From Vicugna vicugna (Eukaryota): a DNA stretch of 54,255 nucleotides. Below are positions 37,563 through 51,496 of the stretch, one piece after another. A program made the position numbers and the translations under genes. The notes below the pieces were generated by a model. The model had not been told where the DNA came from and did no database searches. It saw nothing but the letters and a program-made list of their open reading frames with translations. Within the stretch, counting starts at the first letter, position 1, and every line of letters starts with the position of its first letter. Location of the stretch: positions 2,568,917 to 2,623,171 of the forward strand of contig MU058418.1 of NCBI GenBank assembly GCA_013265495.1, written 5' to 3'.

Positions 37563-39302
37563 TCCAAAGGAAACTTGGGTTTCCTTAAACAATACAATAC
37601 AAACTAAGACCATTATAAACAGTTTTAGAGGAGAAGAGAAGATTATAGTTAGATGTTGAGCATCCTGTGGTATTCTAATTGCCTAAATTCATGAGATATC
37701 ATAGTCATGTTTTCTCCCAAAGGCATTTATTTTCGTTAAAATATTTTTAAAAGAAACTTTTACAGAGGTTGAGACTACTGTTTATCTTTAAAATTTCAAA
37801 GACTTATGTTAGGTTTTTTTTTTTTTTGATGATTTCATTTCCAGACTGAAGATTAATTGTAACATAAGTTACTGGCTTATTATAATGATTTGCAATTATT
37901 TAATTTTTATTTATTAAATATAACTGCGCCTGACAGACATTTTTACTAGCAGTTATGAAGTTCGTAGGGTATTTGGATTCTTTTCTTGTTCTAGAGCTCA
38001 GGGTACCACAGGTCTTTGAAATAAGTGATCTATTTGAATGTTTCTGCTTACTTTTAGTAAAACATTGGTTGATATGAACGATGGTAAATTTATTTTTTAA
38101 TGATCTTATGTTTTAATTCATGTTATAAAATTATCAGCCACTAATAATATAAGGAAAGAAAAACAATAGAACCTTTTTAAAAAGATTGAGGGCTCTTCTC
38201 AATACATATGAGTCATTCTGAATGTCAACGTTCACTGGTACCTTAGAGGTATAAGGGGTTGGAGATTTGATAAATGATACTGCTCCCCAGGTTATACCTG
38301 AAAATGTTTTCCTCTAATGAGACTCCAATAGAGTTTTTTTCCAGTCATGTGCTTCTTCTGGGTAGATAGATGGATAGAGAAAATTCTTACTTAAAGGCAA
38401 ATTATTATTGTTGTTACTATTGTTATTTTCAAATTAATCAGTCTTTGAACTTGAACCATAGTTTGAAATTGAAATTGCTGCTTTACATTCTGTATTATCA
38501 AATTACATTTCCAAAACATTACTCTATAAAAAAAATATTTCTGATGTCACATGAAAAGCAGCAAGACAAAAATCCTTCAGAATTACTAAAAAAATTTTTA
38601 TCGTGGAGAATATTAAGAACAAAAAGAACTTAGAACTTTGGATGGACCTAGATTTAGGTGACTAGTTTTAGATTTTTGTTATATCCTTTGTATCACTCAC
38701 ATGAGAATTTTTAAAATGCTTTTTCTCCTACATCATACACATTTGGAATACTACACATGTAAAATGAAAATAGAAGATGTCCAGGTACCAAGCACTTAAT
38801 CTCCTAATTTTTGGGTGGGCTTGACCTGCTCCCAGATCCCTGTATGGCTTTGCCTCCCATCCATTTGCATTGCTGAAGGCTCTTTAGCACTCTCACCTGC
38901 TTGCAGAGTAACAAGTTAAGGTTGACTGGCAGGTAAAATAAGAATACTTCGTGTAGGCTTGCCTCAGACATCTTGCTTCTGCCTACCACGGTATATTTTT
39001 ACATGAATTCATTATTAAAGAACTCTTAGTAACAGATTTTTTTTAACACAAAGGCCAAAGTTTAAATCAAATAGAGATAGAAAACTAAATCACTGACACT
39101 TGTAATTATCATGGAAAGTCATTTGGAAAGTTGAAGATTTATAGTAGGCAATAGAATGTCATTTTGTGATTTTGCTTCCTTTAGGACGTTTCATGAAAGC
39201 TTTATTAAATATCTAATTTCAAGAGTATCTCTTTTGTTTCAGAGATTATTCTTCTAACAGTACTTTAAAAAACTACTCTGATAAGCTGTTTTTAATTTTT
39301 AG

Positions 39303-39379
39303 GGATATACCTGTGGATTTCAAGTATATAGCTGAACCCAGTATGCACTCAATGCCTGCAGTGACTTTGTCTCCAAATG
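39303..39379 (+). CDS. CDC40: CDC40 exon 13 (WDIPVDFKYIAEPSMHSMPAVTLSPN)
   Basis: ttttag|GGATAT...AATG|gtgagt; 77 nt. Confidence 0.97.
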
Positions 39380-40860
39380 GTGAGTTAGTAGATAGAATGT
39401 GTTTTTAAATGAGCTTCTAAGACACGGTGTGATTTCTAGATTGAAAAGAACCTTGGCCATTCCCGCCTGGGGGAGGTCTGTCACAGTGCCATACTTGTAT
39501 AAGGAAATCTTTTCAGTATTAGAAATAATCACTCATTTATTTTTATGTGCGTCACGTCACCCATTCTTTTTTTTTTAATTAAAAATAAAAGAACCAATGA
39601 TTTGTAACCAGCATTGACCAAGCATCTAAGGATTTCGATTTGAGAATCAGGGTTTTGTTTGTTTGTTTGTTTGTTATTTTAATAATTATCCTTCCAACAG
39701 AATCATGTTCAAAAACCCATTTAGTGATTTATTAGAAGCTATTTTTCTTCTAGGAATAGGAAATTTTGGTCTGGTTCCCTATAATGAGAACACCTTAGCA
39801 AATTCACTATAAAAGATTTTCTCAGGCAAAAATAAAAAAGATGTATCTATTTAATACTGTTTTCTATTCAATGATCCATTGCCTTTTTTAAGTACAAGTA
39901 CCACAGATAGACTGATACAATTCTAGCTCTACCATCAGGGTATTAAAGTAGAGGATGTGATGTGTGGGCAGCCTTGTCATCAAAGCCACTCTTGACTCAC
40001 ATAGCTACTGTGAGTGTAGAGCAAGGAAGAAGAGCAAGAGTTTGTTCTTCCATTCAGGGTACTTGTCACAAACAAATCAGTGATCATTTGTCAGATGCCC
40101 TATGATTTTTATGAGAAGAGCAACCTAGTTGAGTCCTTTTCTGATAGTCACCATATTGTATACAGTTATATTTATCACTGTGCATCTGCATTTCATGTGT
40201 GTTTTTTTAAACATCCATTACAAATACTGTGCCATCTTGAACAAGGCCATTTACCCAATCAGACCGTGGGCACTGTTAGGATCAGTCCCTTAGTTAATCA
40301 TATCTACAAATATATAGGATGCAAAGTTACTGCAGTTTAGGCTCTAGGGGCTTTGGTGAGTCCTGGCAGATGAAAATAATATGGCCCGCAACAGTTATTA
40401 GAATTCTTTTAATCATATCTTTTTTGTACAGTTTTATTTAATAATCCTAGGTTTTCCCATGTAGAGTTTGTTTTTCCTCTTTCCATAATTAACATAAATA
40501 AATTTCTTTCCATGGTTCTGTTGTCTGTCCTTACTACAAATTAATTTCATTCATAAAGCTAATTGAGTTCTATTAACACTAAACTCAGAGTTTATGTATA
40601 TCCTTATTTAAACAAAAAAGAAATTTATAGCAAAAGTGGTCAAAGATACAAGATTGTATGAGCAACATTCATTACTTTATATGTAAATACCTCTCACCAG
40701 CAATAAAATTGTAACATTTTCTAGGTGGTATGGTAAATTCATTTTCCCATTATTAAAAGGTTTTGGGAACAAAAGAATACTAATGACTGAACATATTTAA
40801 AATAATGTCTTTTTAAATTTTTAAGTCTTGCTCTAAATGTCTCATTTATTGAATTTGCAG

Positions 40861-41005
40861 GGAAATGGCTGGCATGCCAGTCGATGGACAACCAAATCTT
40901 AATTTTTGGAGCACAGAACAGATTTAGATTAAATAAGAAAAAAATTTTTAAGGGCCATATGGTAGCTGGCTATGCTTGTCAGGTAGATTTTTCACCAGAC
41001 ATGAG
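40861..41005 (+). CDS. CDC40: CDC40 exon 14 ([48 protein letters not shown])
   Basis: ttgcag|GGAAAT...ATGAG|gtaagt; 145 nt. Confidence 0.97.
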
Positions 41006-42025
41006 GTAAGTTTAAGTCTTCTCATATATATTGATATTCAAATATGATAATATAAGCTATTGCTATACAAATAATAGCACTGTACAAATCACTTTTACAT
41101 CTGTAGTTGTATGAGAACTGTGGAGGTTATCAAAATGCCAGATAAAAGGCAAGAACAAGTTATGACAACTGCATTGGGCTTTTTTAAGTTCTTCAGTATG
41201 TCTCCTTCTATTGTTTAGTTCTGTGCCCTTTACCTTCATAATGAATCCCTGTCTGTAAGGCAATATCTCACTTTCTCTCTGCTTTTCTAAACAAGGTTAG
41301 GAGGACTATAATCACTATATTGCTGTGGTTGAATGAACACCAAAAGGATTAATCCTATATCATGGGGCTGAAGTTAACAACTTCACTACAGCTTTTCTGT
41401 GCTGAAACCTCAAATCCAGCTTCTGAATGTTTCTAGGTCACACTAGATTTGTAAAGCCTAGAGTCGAGAGAAGCCACATTCATTTCCCCCCTCCCCCATC
41501 ATTAGCTAAAATAAATGAGTATCAGTAATTTCAAAAATCACTGTAAACGTGTATGTTTAGCCTGGAAATTGAGACTTAGACTCCTACCTCTGAGTCAGTC
41601 TTAGACATATTTAAAAGCTGTTGGAGCCAAAAAATAATTTGGAAAGTGGTAGAGCTACTACAGTTGTATGGGTCTACATGTGTTTGCTGGCTCTGTGTGA
41701 AATTGGTTAGCCTGCCTGTTTCTGACTGTCTAGAGAGGGATTGTGATACTGCATTCACTGTGGCCCCTGGGTCTCCCAATTTTCCAAGTTAAAAATAATT
41801 TTTATTCTTAGATTGGTCACTCAGTGGGGAGGTTTTTTGATAGAAATTTAAATTATAGACTGTTTTATACTCCACCTTGTTATTCTGGGTATTATATATT
41901 CACATACACACATACATATATATATATATATTAAGGTGAAAAGATAGACTCTTTCTCTGTTCCTCATCCACTTTACTGGTTTAAGGTGTTTGAATAATTT
42001 GAATTTATTTTTCTTCCCATGGCAG

Positions 42026-42203
42026 CTATGTGATTTCAGGAGATGGAAATGGAAAATTAAACATTTGGGACTGGAAGACCACAAAACTCTACAGTAGATT
42101 TAAAGCTCATGATAAAGTGTGTATAGGCGCAGTGTGGCATCCTCATGAAACATCTAAAGTCATAACTTGTGGTTGGGATGGTCTCATAAAATTGTGGGAT
42201 TAA
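42026..42203 (+). CDS. CDC40: CDC40 exon 15, coding part (SYVISGDGNGKLNIWDWKTTKLYSRFKAHDKVCIGAVWHPHETSKVITCGWDGLIKLWD*)
   Basis: tggcag|CTATGT...TGGGAT TAA; 178 nt ending at the stop (42201-42203). Confidence 0.97.
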
Positions 42204-43946
42204 TGAGATTAATCCTTAAACTGCCCAGGATCATTTTTGATCCAGTATCATATTTAACTATATTTAATTATTAAATGTGTTGGATGGCAACTTGATTTAC
42301 AGATTATGATCTTACATGGCCTTCTAAAGCTGACCCATTGTTTAAAAAAAGAAAGCTATGTAAATTTGACTCATATAATTTCATTGGAAATTTCATTTTG
42401 TTCTTTGTAGGTGTTATTTATACAGAGAATGACCATTGACTTTCTATTTGGCAAGCAGTTGTTGGCAGGCAGTTTGGGTTTACCCCTATGACATACTGAA
42501 AGGATCCCTTTGGAGCTGAGAAAGAATCCCTAGTGGCTTACCTCTTCCACAAAAAGGAAAGGAAGAGGGATGATATAATTTAATGTGAATCTGAAAGATG
42601 GATAAAACCACCCACAATGTTCCCATTATTTTCAATGGGTCAAGTTCTAATCTTTTGGATTCGGGAGTTCCAGTGTTTTATGACCTATGTTGTGTTTGTT
42701 TAGTTGTAAGCCAACAATCTTCTCTGACTACAGCATTCCTCTCATTATTAAACAACGTAAAATAAAAATCAGTCCAAAGTTCCTTCCGTGATTTTCTTCT
42801 TAATCAGTATAGAAAGGACTATCCATAATTAGAGAATTACATTATTTTTGAAGACGGAACTCAAGAGAATGAATCAAGACTTTGAACTGTATTTGTATTT
42901 ACTGTCCACTAAGGACGTGGCTACACTTTGAGAAATCAGGGTCTCATAGGTCATTGCTTCACAGGTGTTACTACTGAAATACTCCTCATAGGAGAATGGA
43001 TATGAGGGCATAGTTCAGAGTGTCATCTTGTAATTTCTTTGAAGTTGTAGGTTTATCTTAAAGATTATTCTGATTTTGCTTGTGAACATATTCAACAGAA
43101 CTTTTTAAGATTAAAAACAATTTTTAACTTCTTTCTAAATCTTTGGGTAAAATTCACACTCCAGGAAAGATAGCTAGGGTTCCCAGTTTGAGAAGCAAGG
43201 ACTGTGATTAGTTAAAAAAAATTTTTTTTTAACTTCAGATTGTGAATTTAGCTTCTTGAATATAATAGCTAATAGCACTTTAGTTTGACAAGCCATCTCT
43301 CCTGTTTTATTACAAATCTATATTAGATGTTTGAATGTGTTGTGAAATATTTCAGTACCATGCTATAAAAGATTTGCTCGTAGTTTCTCAAAGTGCTAAC
43401 TTGGAGACCAAAATCATGTTGAGTGCTGATATCCTAGGGACATGAGTTCTTTGCTATCAAGAGCAGTTCATGCTCCTTGCTCTTAGAACTCCCATTTTTA
43501 AACATTAAAATGAAAAAATACCTGGTAGATGACCAGGTTCTATAGCCATATAAAAATAAATTTCAAAGAAGGAAATAGAAAAAGAATAAATGTGGTAGAG
43601 ATATTTTTGGACACATGGGCACTCAAAGAAATATTAATACACTGCCTAGCCACTGCCATTTCTGTATCTGCCAGGAAGGGTAGCTGTCATTTCCCGAAGA
43701 GAAAAGAATTCAGACAAGAGCTTTTCTTTTGTCCCAACCACTGGTTTTAACAAATGTGAATTACTGAAATATGATGGGACAAAAATAATTAATCATACAT
43801 TTAAACTATCTTGTTCGGCACCAGTATTGTGTATGTTTACAAATCATAATTTCTAAATCTGGGTTTATTTTATTGTGTTTTAAACTGTTTCTAAACTAAG
43901 GAACTGTATATAAAAGTTGTCTCTTTTTTAAAAGATCATATTTTTA

Positions 43947-43952
43947 AATAAA
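43947..43952 (+). terminator. Likely distal CDC40 polyadenylation signal
   Basis: AATAAA with upstream TGTA and U-rich sequence, followed by U/GU-rich downstream sequence. Other candidates: ATTAAA 42270 and AATAAA 42761, 43555, 43585. Confidence 0.6.
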
Positions 43953-45723
43953 GCATTTTTTGTAGAAAGTGTTATCAAAATTTTTGTCCTTAGTCTCCTT
44001 TTAAGTCTTAACTCTGTTGAGACACCAAATTAAACCATTTGCAGATTTTGAATGGGTCATTTTGATTTTTATGGGGAGAAATGATGCTTTAGAGGTGAGT
44101 ATGGTTTATTAATATGGTATATTATTTATTCTAAATAAATAATAAAAATTCAGGGCAGTACCCTCAGAGCACACAGATTAAGTTTAACGCATTCCACATT
44201 TATTCACTGAGTGGTGGCATTGAGTCATGATTGCACCCATTTTAGAGTACACAAATGAGTGGAGTTCTTTTCCAGCATAAAAAAGTCTCAAGATCATGTT
44301 GTTACTGGAATTAAGTGGTTACCATCTGGTTCCTTTCCCTCACTGCAACCCTTTTGTCATACCCAGGACAGATTTCCTTCCTAAAAGTTAAAATAAAAGT
44401 AATGCTTTAGTGAAAGGTTTAATTGAGTGAATATTTAAATGTTGAAGCAGAAGCTGGGAATATTTTGTGCTAAATAAAGAGCCAGTTTTAAGATACGGAA
44501 CAGGGAGTAGCATCAAACAGGCACTTCTCTTAAGTAGAAAGTATAGAGTGATTCTTGGATGCATTGTGAGGCTGGTTGTTGTCCTTGGCATGTTTATAAA
44601 TTATCTGGAAGAAAATGTTGACAGTGAAATAGCAATCCCTTGGATGGAAGCTGGAAGGATTGCAGCACTAGCAACAATTACAGAGGCTCTCCTTGAAGAA
44701 CACTTTCTCGGAATGTGGATTGAGAACCACTTGCATCAGAATCATCTGGAGATGGTGTCACTTACTAAGAGACAGAATTCGGAAGAAAGCAGAATTCTGG
44801 TTGTGGGGAGCCATATGAATTCAGGTATGGGGAAGGCAAGTGTGAAGTTCCATCCAGGTCAAATTATCCATGAGCAGTGTTAACTGTGGGTCGCAAAGTG
44901 AGACCTAGGGAACACTGATGCTATATTTCATCAAAGATGCATGTTTTTCACATTCTGACATCTCTGAAATAAGGCTATGTCCTAAAAATCAATGATGTGT
45001 CATGTATAACAGTATAAACAAAGCAAGTACGAAGGGACCTAAGAAGGAGAAGATCCAATGGAAAGAAGATACTATCACAGCACCTGGCTTAAAATTCACA
45101 TTATTCAATGTTTATTTGATCAATGGGTAAATAAAATGAATGAACTAGGAGAAGACTGCAGTTTTTAAAATACGTATATATTCATTCACTGGGTCAAAGT
45201 TGGCACTTTTAGCAAGGTCCCCAGATTCACAGTAAGAATGAGAATTAGTGAAGAGTCTGAGTTTACCTTAAGTATTTCAGAAACTACGCTGTTTATTTAG
45301 TATGTGTAAACTCAAAAGAAAGCTAGTTTACCAAAAATATATACGTGTGTATGTGTGCTCATGTGTATACGTTTGTATGTATGTATGTATATGATATTTC
45401 ACACTTTATATATTTATATATACACCTCCCATGTTCATAGTCACTTTAATAATTGTAGAAACAATTTTCTTAACCTAATCACTGCAACTTTATCTGGAAT
45501 TTAAGGGAAAAGAAGCCACAACTTGCAGCCAGAGTCCTTAGAGCGGCTTTATTTTTAGTGACAAAAGTGTCACTCCTTTGCTTGTACAGCTTCCTATCAT
45601 TGCAATAACTGTCTTCAGATGAATTTTTAGCTCCCCTCACCCTACTCTCCAACCATCAGCACTTGAGATCTGAGAGACTAACTCAAATCTCAAACATTTT
45701 GCATTTAAGTGTGCGTTCTAGTT

Positions 45724-46160
45724 TAGTGCTGTTTAATAGAAACGTGTGAGCCATATATGTAAATTTTAATTTTCTAATGGTCACATTAATAAAGGGATAT
45801 TAATTTTAATAATACATTTATATGATAAATCCAAAATATTATTTCAACATTCAGTTGTTATTTTTAAAATTAACATTTTACTTTTCTCATACTATGTCTT
45901 TGAAATTTGGTGTATATTTTACACTTAAAAGCACATCTTAATTCAGACACTAAATTTTCATCAAATATTTTATCTGTTTCATACAAAGTAGATTTACATG
46001 TCCAAGTTGTTCCAAACAGAGCTAAGGGTTTTCTAATAATTGAATCAAGTATAAGTTTTTAAACTAATTAAAAGTAAACATAATTTAAAATTCAGCTCCT
46101 CAGTCACACCAGCAACATGCTATGTGCTCAGAAACAACATATGGCTGCCGTATGGTTCTA
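45724..46160. mobile_element. MER33/Charlie-like hAT element
   Basis: agtgctgtttaatagaaa...gagccatatatgtaaattttaattttcta...aaaattcagctcctcagtcacaccagc. Confidence 0.65.
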
Positions 46161-47102
46161 GTACCACCTTTTAGGCACAATGGCTCAGATATCCAGCTTC
46201 AACTGCTTCATCTTCTGGAAGGCGTTTTAAGGTTTAAACTACTTACAAGATATCACATTTAAAAATATATATGTTCATAGTTTTCTGTGCTGCATTTTAG
46301 GTAGTTTCCTCCCAACTGGTTTATCTTCCAGTTCGCTTTACAGTCTCTTCAGCTGTGTCGAATCTGCTGATTAATCCATTACTCATTCCAATGACTATTT
46401 TTCCTTTATGGTAGGTCTATTTGTACTTTTTTATATCTGCCTGCTCTTCATATGTCTTATTTTATTATGGTTTCTATTTAGTCTTTTGTGCCTTTAATCA
46501 ATTTAAACAATTTATATTACACTTTCTTTAAGACTATAACTCTCATAGCTCAAGTTCTGGAGCTGAGAATCCCAGTGTTTATTATGTCTGTAAACTCTGC
46601 CTTATGGTGAGCCATTTCCTTGTCAGTTGTAATTTTTTATTAGGAGTTCATCTTACATGGGTCTTGTTTTTTGGAGGAAAGCCCAAGCTGAAGAGTCCTT
46701 GGAGTGGTTTTACATTTGCTTCTGCCATGTACCCCTGAAGTTATCACTCCCTAGAACTGGTTTTTCATCCTCTCAATTTATGGTTTTCCTCACTAGGTGA
46801 TTGTAAATTCAACCCCATAAACAGACTGGAGATCTCAGATTCTCATAAGAAACTTTTTCCTCAAATCAACAGCAAGGATAGACTTTCTTGTGCTCCAGGG
46901 GCAGGGTTATGGAGAGGGGGCAGATTTTTTAGAAACCTCTTCCACTGAGGTTGTAGCCCTCGGAAGGTACCACTGCCGCAGGTATCTCAGTCCCAGTCCT
47001 TTCCTCCAACGCAACAGGCCTTACCTCTAGTGCTCTCGGCCTCTAACCATCAATGGCATACTGAATTCCTAGGACCACTACGGTGTAGGTTCCTGCTCTA
47101 CC

Positions 47103-47180
47103 TCTCTCTATATATACACACATACACACATACATACATATATACATAAATGCATACATACATACTCACATACACATACA
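47103..47180. repeat. Compound (TC)/(TA)/(CA) low-complexity repeat
   Basis: ctctctctatatatacacacatacacacatacatac... Confidence 0.85.
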
Positions 47181-50100
47181 GAAGGATCACCATAAATATA
47201 AACACTTAACCTAGTATCTTGGGATATTGCCACTTTGTTAGGACAGTCTAGAAGCAGGAGGGTAAACAAGTGCAGTCTGAAACATTCTGACTTGTAGAAA
47301 CTTGTGAATTTAAGTGTGCTATCCAAAAAGGTACTTTCCCTAAGGGCACTTCACTTGATGACTGGAGTCATCATAATGGATTCATCTTTTACCTGGGCCT
47401 TTTCTTCTGAATAGGCATATCATTTAGATCCTTCTGAATTTATCCTAAGACCTCCTTTATAGCACATAAATAAAGAAATCATCTAACCACCATCTAAGCC
47501 TTCTCTAATCACAAAAATCTTAGAATAATGAGATTTTCAAGCTTAGAAGAAATCTTAGAAATCAAATATTCCAATTTAGGAAAACAGGCCAATAAAGATG
47601 ACTTGCTGGTACCACACAGCTAGTTAGCAGCAGTATCAGAGTCTGTCTCCCTTCATCCTGCTATCCTGCCTTCTCTAAATAATGCCACTTACTTGTGTAT
47701 TTTTAAAACTGTCATATTTGTGTTGTAATCTTTGTGGCTACCAGCTTCCTCTCTCTGAGGTAGCTTAAAAGATTATGTTTATTTCATCCCTTAGTAGCAA
47801 AGAGAACCTGCAGCTAAAGACATTCTCAAGGCCACTTCCATAGAGTTAGCTCCCCATCACTTTCTCATAACTGTGCGAAAAAGGGCTTTTCTTGGTCATA
47901 CTTCAGTCAAATAGCCTGGAAAACACAGTACCCTCTCTCACCTTGTTTTTACTCTTTGAACAATTACCTTGATTATTTTGTCCTGGAAGAACAATGTAGT
48001 TGTAATCATTTTGTAGAATACCAGCCCCTATCCTTGGCAGAAGTACCCTCACTTCATCATACCTTCTTCCTCTCATAAACTGAAAAATATTCTCCATGCT
48101 ACTGTGAATTGTGGTCTAATACACTCACTCTAAGAGGCGTGTTTTCTGGGAATTGGATTTTTAAAAAAAAGGACAATGAGGAATAAGAAAAGGAGATTGA
48201 GGTCTAATAACCTAGGATAACTTCTAATAATAATTCAGCTTTTAATTATTATTGTATTTATTCAATTCAATTTTTATATAGTTCTCAAGCCCCTAAGGTC
48301 AAAATAGCTCTTTAGGTTAGCATCCTTTAATTAGGAAGTTTTGCAACAAGCAGTGCAATAAATAATCATGTCAAGAAAAAGACAAATTGTGCCTAAAATT
48401 AAATAAGCCAAAATTAGAGATAGTGGTCCATCTAAATTCCAAAGATATTTTTAATGCCAGAAAAAAAACCTTCAATAACAAATGATGATGAAATAATTTC
48501 ACTGACAATTCCTATGTGAAATAGCTTTCTTTATATTCATATTCAACAAATATTTATGGAGCACCTTTTACCTAGTGGGCTCCGTGACAGGCACTGGGAC
48601 TACAGACATGGCCCTTACCTGCATGGAGCTTCCAGTCTGTTGGGAAAGCCATTACACAGCAAATACACTAAAGTAAAAGGAGTCTAAAACTGGGGAGAAT
48701 AGAGGGCATTGTAGGGAGACATAGCTGGGGGTCTTCAATAAGGGGGTCCCTAAGGAAACGATGTTTGATGTGTCATCAATCCTTGAGAAATAATATTTTC
48801 TTGTACAGATAATTAATAGCTTATTTTTATTGATACATAATGTGGTTTTTCATTAATGTTATAGAATCCATTTGGACTTTTGGTTATTATATATACTCAC
48901 CTAGGAGTGATATCAAAATATCCAATGACTAGTAACGCAGGACATAGAGCAGTTAGAACAGATGTTAACCACAGTGCTGGGGCAGGGTCCTGGAGGCTGC
49001 CTATTTTGCTGTACATTAACTGTTTGATCTTGTGGAGATCTGGGGATCCTGCGGGAGGGGCTGCAGTGGAGGAGAACCACTGAGGGACTCAGGACCTCAG
49101 CCATTTACCAACCTAGCTCCCTGGAACTTACTGACTATGTATCTGTCCCATGTATACTGGGCTTCTCTACTGAAATAGATTAGATTAGAATTCAAACTTG
49201 GCAAGAAAAAATACCCCTTATTATTTCAGACAATCTTATCACACAAAACCAATCATTAAGAAAAACTTAAAATATCTTACATGAGAGTATGAAATCACTC
49301 ACAAAGCATGAGTTTTAATGAGTTGAGAACTAGCACTTCTCCATACAGTGCTAAATATAAAGTGTGACAACATTAAACTTGCTTGATTTATTTTTCTTAA
49401 GGACAGAAATACAATAAAGTTAAAGAATTTCAGTAATTTCTAAATTTAGGTGATTTAATGATATCTTGAATCTTTGTGTTATGGTTTCATGTGATAAGTT
49501 CAAACATACCTTTAAATGTAAGAAAAAGGAAGACATTTTAGAATAAGAGTAAATGTACTGAATTCACAAAGAACTAGCAATTGGTTAGTACAAAAAGAAT
49601 TAATGCTATTGCTTAAAAGGCAAACATAAATTTATCTCCAAAAGAAGAGAATCATATTACATAATTGAGCTTGTACGTACCATTGTATTGTCAAGTATAA
49701 TAATCTGTTTAAATGAGGCTTTCATTTTTCATCTGGAGAAATATGATGATGAGACTGCTTCCCTGGCATTAATCCAAGCTTTGCAAAATTCAAACATGTA
49801 ATACTTATGAAATGCAAACCTTGTACTGTATTTACCGTATACTAAATCTTACAGCCAAAGCAGAAAAGTTTACATGAATAACTGATTTGGAGTGAACACT
49901 GTAAATTCATGAATTTACTTTTGTTCTACCATGATGTAACTACTAGTGGACCAATTCTAACAGAAGTTTGTTTACTTCTTCCTGCCTCACATCATTTGAA
50001 CATGTCAAATAGTTACAGATATTTATACAATAACCTACTATAACTGCATCAAATACAATCACTAAGAGAGAAAGGGAAAATTGTTTTCCTTTGAGTTTAA

Positions 50101-50705
50101 TCTCAAATTGTGACATAGATTTTGTGCTAAAAGGTTGACCTCTGAATCTCTTACATCCTGTCTTTCATATATCATGTCTTTCATCTAAAAAAGAACAGCT
50201 TTTTTAATCATTTGATAAGAGCATTATTAAATTTGTATTTTCAGATTCATTTATAAGCACTGATCTGGTAGGAGTTAATTAAGATACATACGTCATAGAT
50301 ACTCACTTCTGAGTTCATATACCTACAGGTCAAAGGCAAGTTTGAAACAAGGAAACTCACACTGCACTTCTGAGTAACTGGGCCATTTCTAAAATCCAGG
50401 AGCAAAGTGCCACGTATTGGGACCAGCCAGGGCCAAGCGTCACTTCCAGGCCTTGCAAGATCTTTTCTGGCAACCTGAATATATTGAAAGAAGTTGTTGG
50501 GTCCTCACACTTTTTTTTCAGTAAGCCTCTGTTTGGTGGCCATATTTTAATTAAGTAGATTGTTTAAATTAAACTTGCGTGCTACAAAAATGATCTCAAC
50601 TCCAACAAATTTGCAGGTCTGGTCTTAATACATTTGTAGGTTTTCCTTCCCATTTACTAATAAGGAAGCAAAAATATGTCCTTACATTTGTCAGAGACTA
50701 TTGAA

Positions 50706-50930
50706 GCAGCACTGTGGAGGGGACCGACATGGGCTTTGGGATCTGACAGGCTGGTATGTAGATTCCTGTTCCACCATTTACTATTTGAATAATCTGAATA
50801 AGCTATTTAGGCTCTTAGAATTTCCTTACCTGTATAATCAGTAAAATTATGTCTCCTTATGGGTCAGGATAATTAGGAATAATCTATACACAGTACTAGG
50901 CATATAGTAAGCTCTCAATAAACAGCAGCT
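50706..50930 (+). mobile_element. MIR SINE
   Basis: atgggctttgggatctgacagg...ccaccatttacta...ggcatatagtaagctctcaataaa. Confidence 0.75.
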
Positions 50931-51078
50931 CTTGATTTTGTTCGTTTTTTGTATTCCTTTTATATTGCTTTTGTGGTGGTTTATGGTGGCAATAGTGGTG
51001 GTTTTGCCTGCTCTTCATGAGCAGGGTCTCCCCAAACAGCAGAGCTGTGACAGTCTAGACCATCCTCATGGCCTCCAC

Positions 51079-51305
51079 CAGTAGTTCTCCGCAGTGGGTG
51101 ATTTTGCTCTCGTGGGGACTTTACCACTGTCTGGAGACCCATCTGGCTGTCACATTGAGGGGAAGAAGGGAAGGCGCTCCTGGCATCTAGTGGGGAGGTC
51201 CAGGGATGCCGCTAAACATCCTGTAACACGCAGAATGGCCCTCCCTCCCCTGGCAAAGAATTACCCAGCTCAAAACGGAAATAGTGCTGAGGTTAAGAAA
51301 CCCTG
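51079..51305 (+). mobile_element. MER20 hAT-Charlie element, near full length
   Basis: cagtagttctc...gtgattttgc...ctggcatctagtggggaggtccagggatgccgctaaacatcct...ggttaagaaaccctg; 8-bp TSD gcctccac / gcccacac. Confidence 0.85.
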
Positions 51306-51490
51306 GCCCACACAAAAAGCACAATAATTCTAGAGGCAAGGAAACCATAGCAACAGTCAGAATATTCAACACAAATTTCAAACCATCCATGAAGGGAATG
51401 AAGGACAGTCTTAGGAAAAAACATAAAATAAGTACAAATAACTATTGAACAGGCTGCCTAGTAGGTGGGTGTGGGTGGGTGTGTTTGTGA

Positions 51491-51496
51491 TTTATT
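51491..51496 (-). terminator. Candidate METTL24 polyadenylation signal
   Basis: AATAAA on the minus strand ~1.95 kb past the stop. Alternatives at 52027-52032 and 52411-52416. Confidence 0.35.

Larger units (their letters stand above)
1..43970 (+). other. CDC40: CDC40 transcription unit (intron 1 through 3'UTR; exon 1 lies upstream of the window)
   Basis: 14 GT-AG-bounded exons (15203-42203) join into 1551 nt without an internal stop, matching PRP17/CDC40 residues ~64-579. The 3' end is inferred from AATAAA at 43947. Confidence 0.95.

Noticed and set aside
15203..42203. Minor (U12) or non-canonical introns, or pseudogenisation of CDC40
   Set aside because: All donors are ordinary GT without RTATCCTT, all acceptors are AG, and the joined frame is intact.
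44467..44883. 138-aa ORF downstream of CDC40
   Set aside because: It has a non-ATG start, overlaps a MER5-like fragment (~44695-44790) and shows no recognisable domain.
51461..51484. G-quadruplex near the METTL24 3' end
   Set aside because: It has only three GGG runs plus one GG and is better explained as a (GGGT)/(GT) simple repeat.
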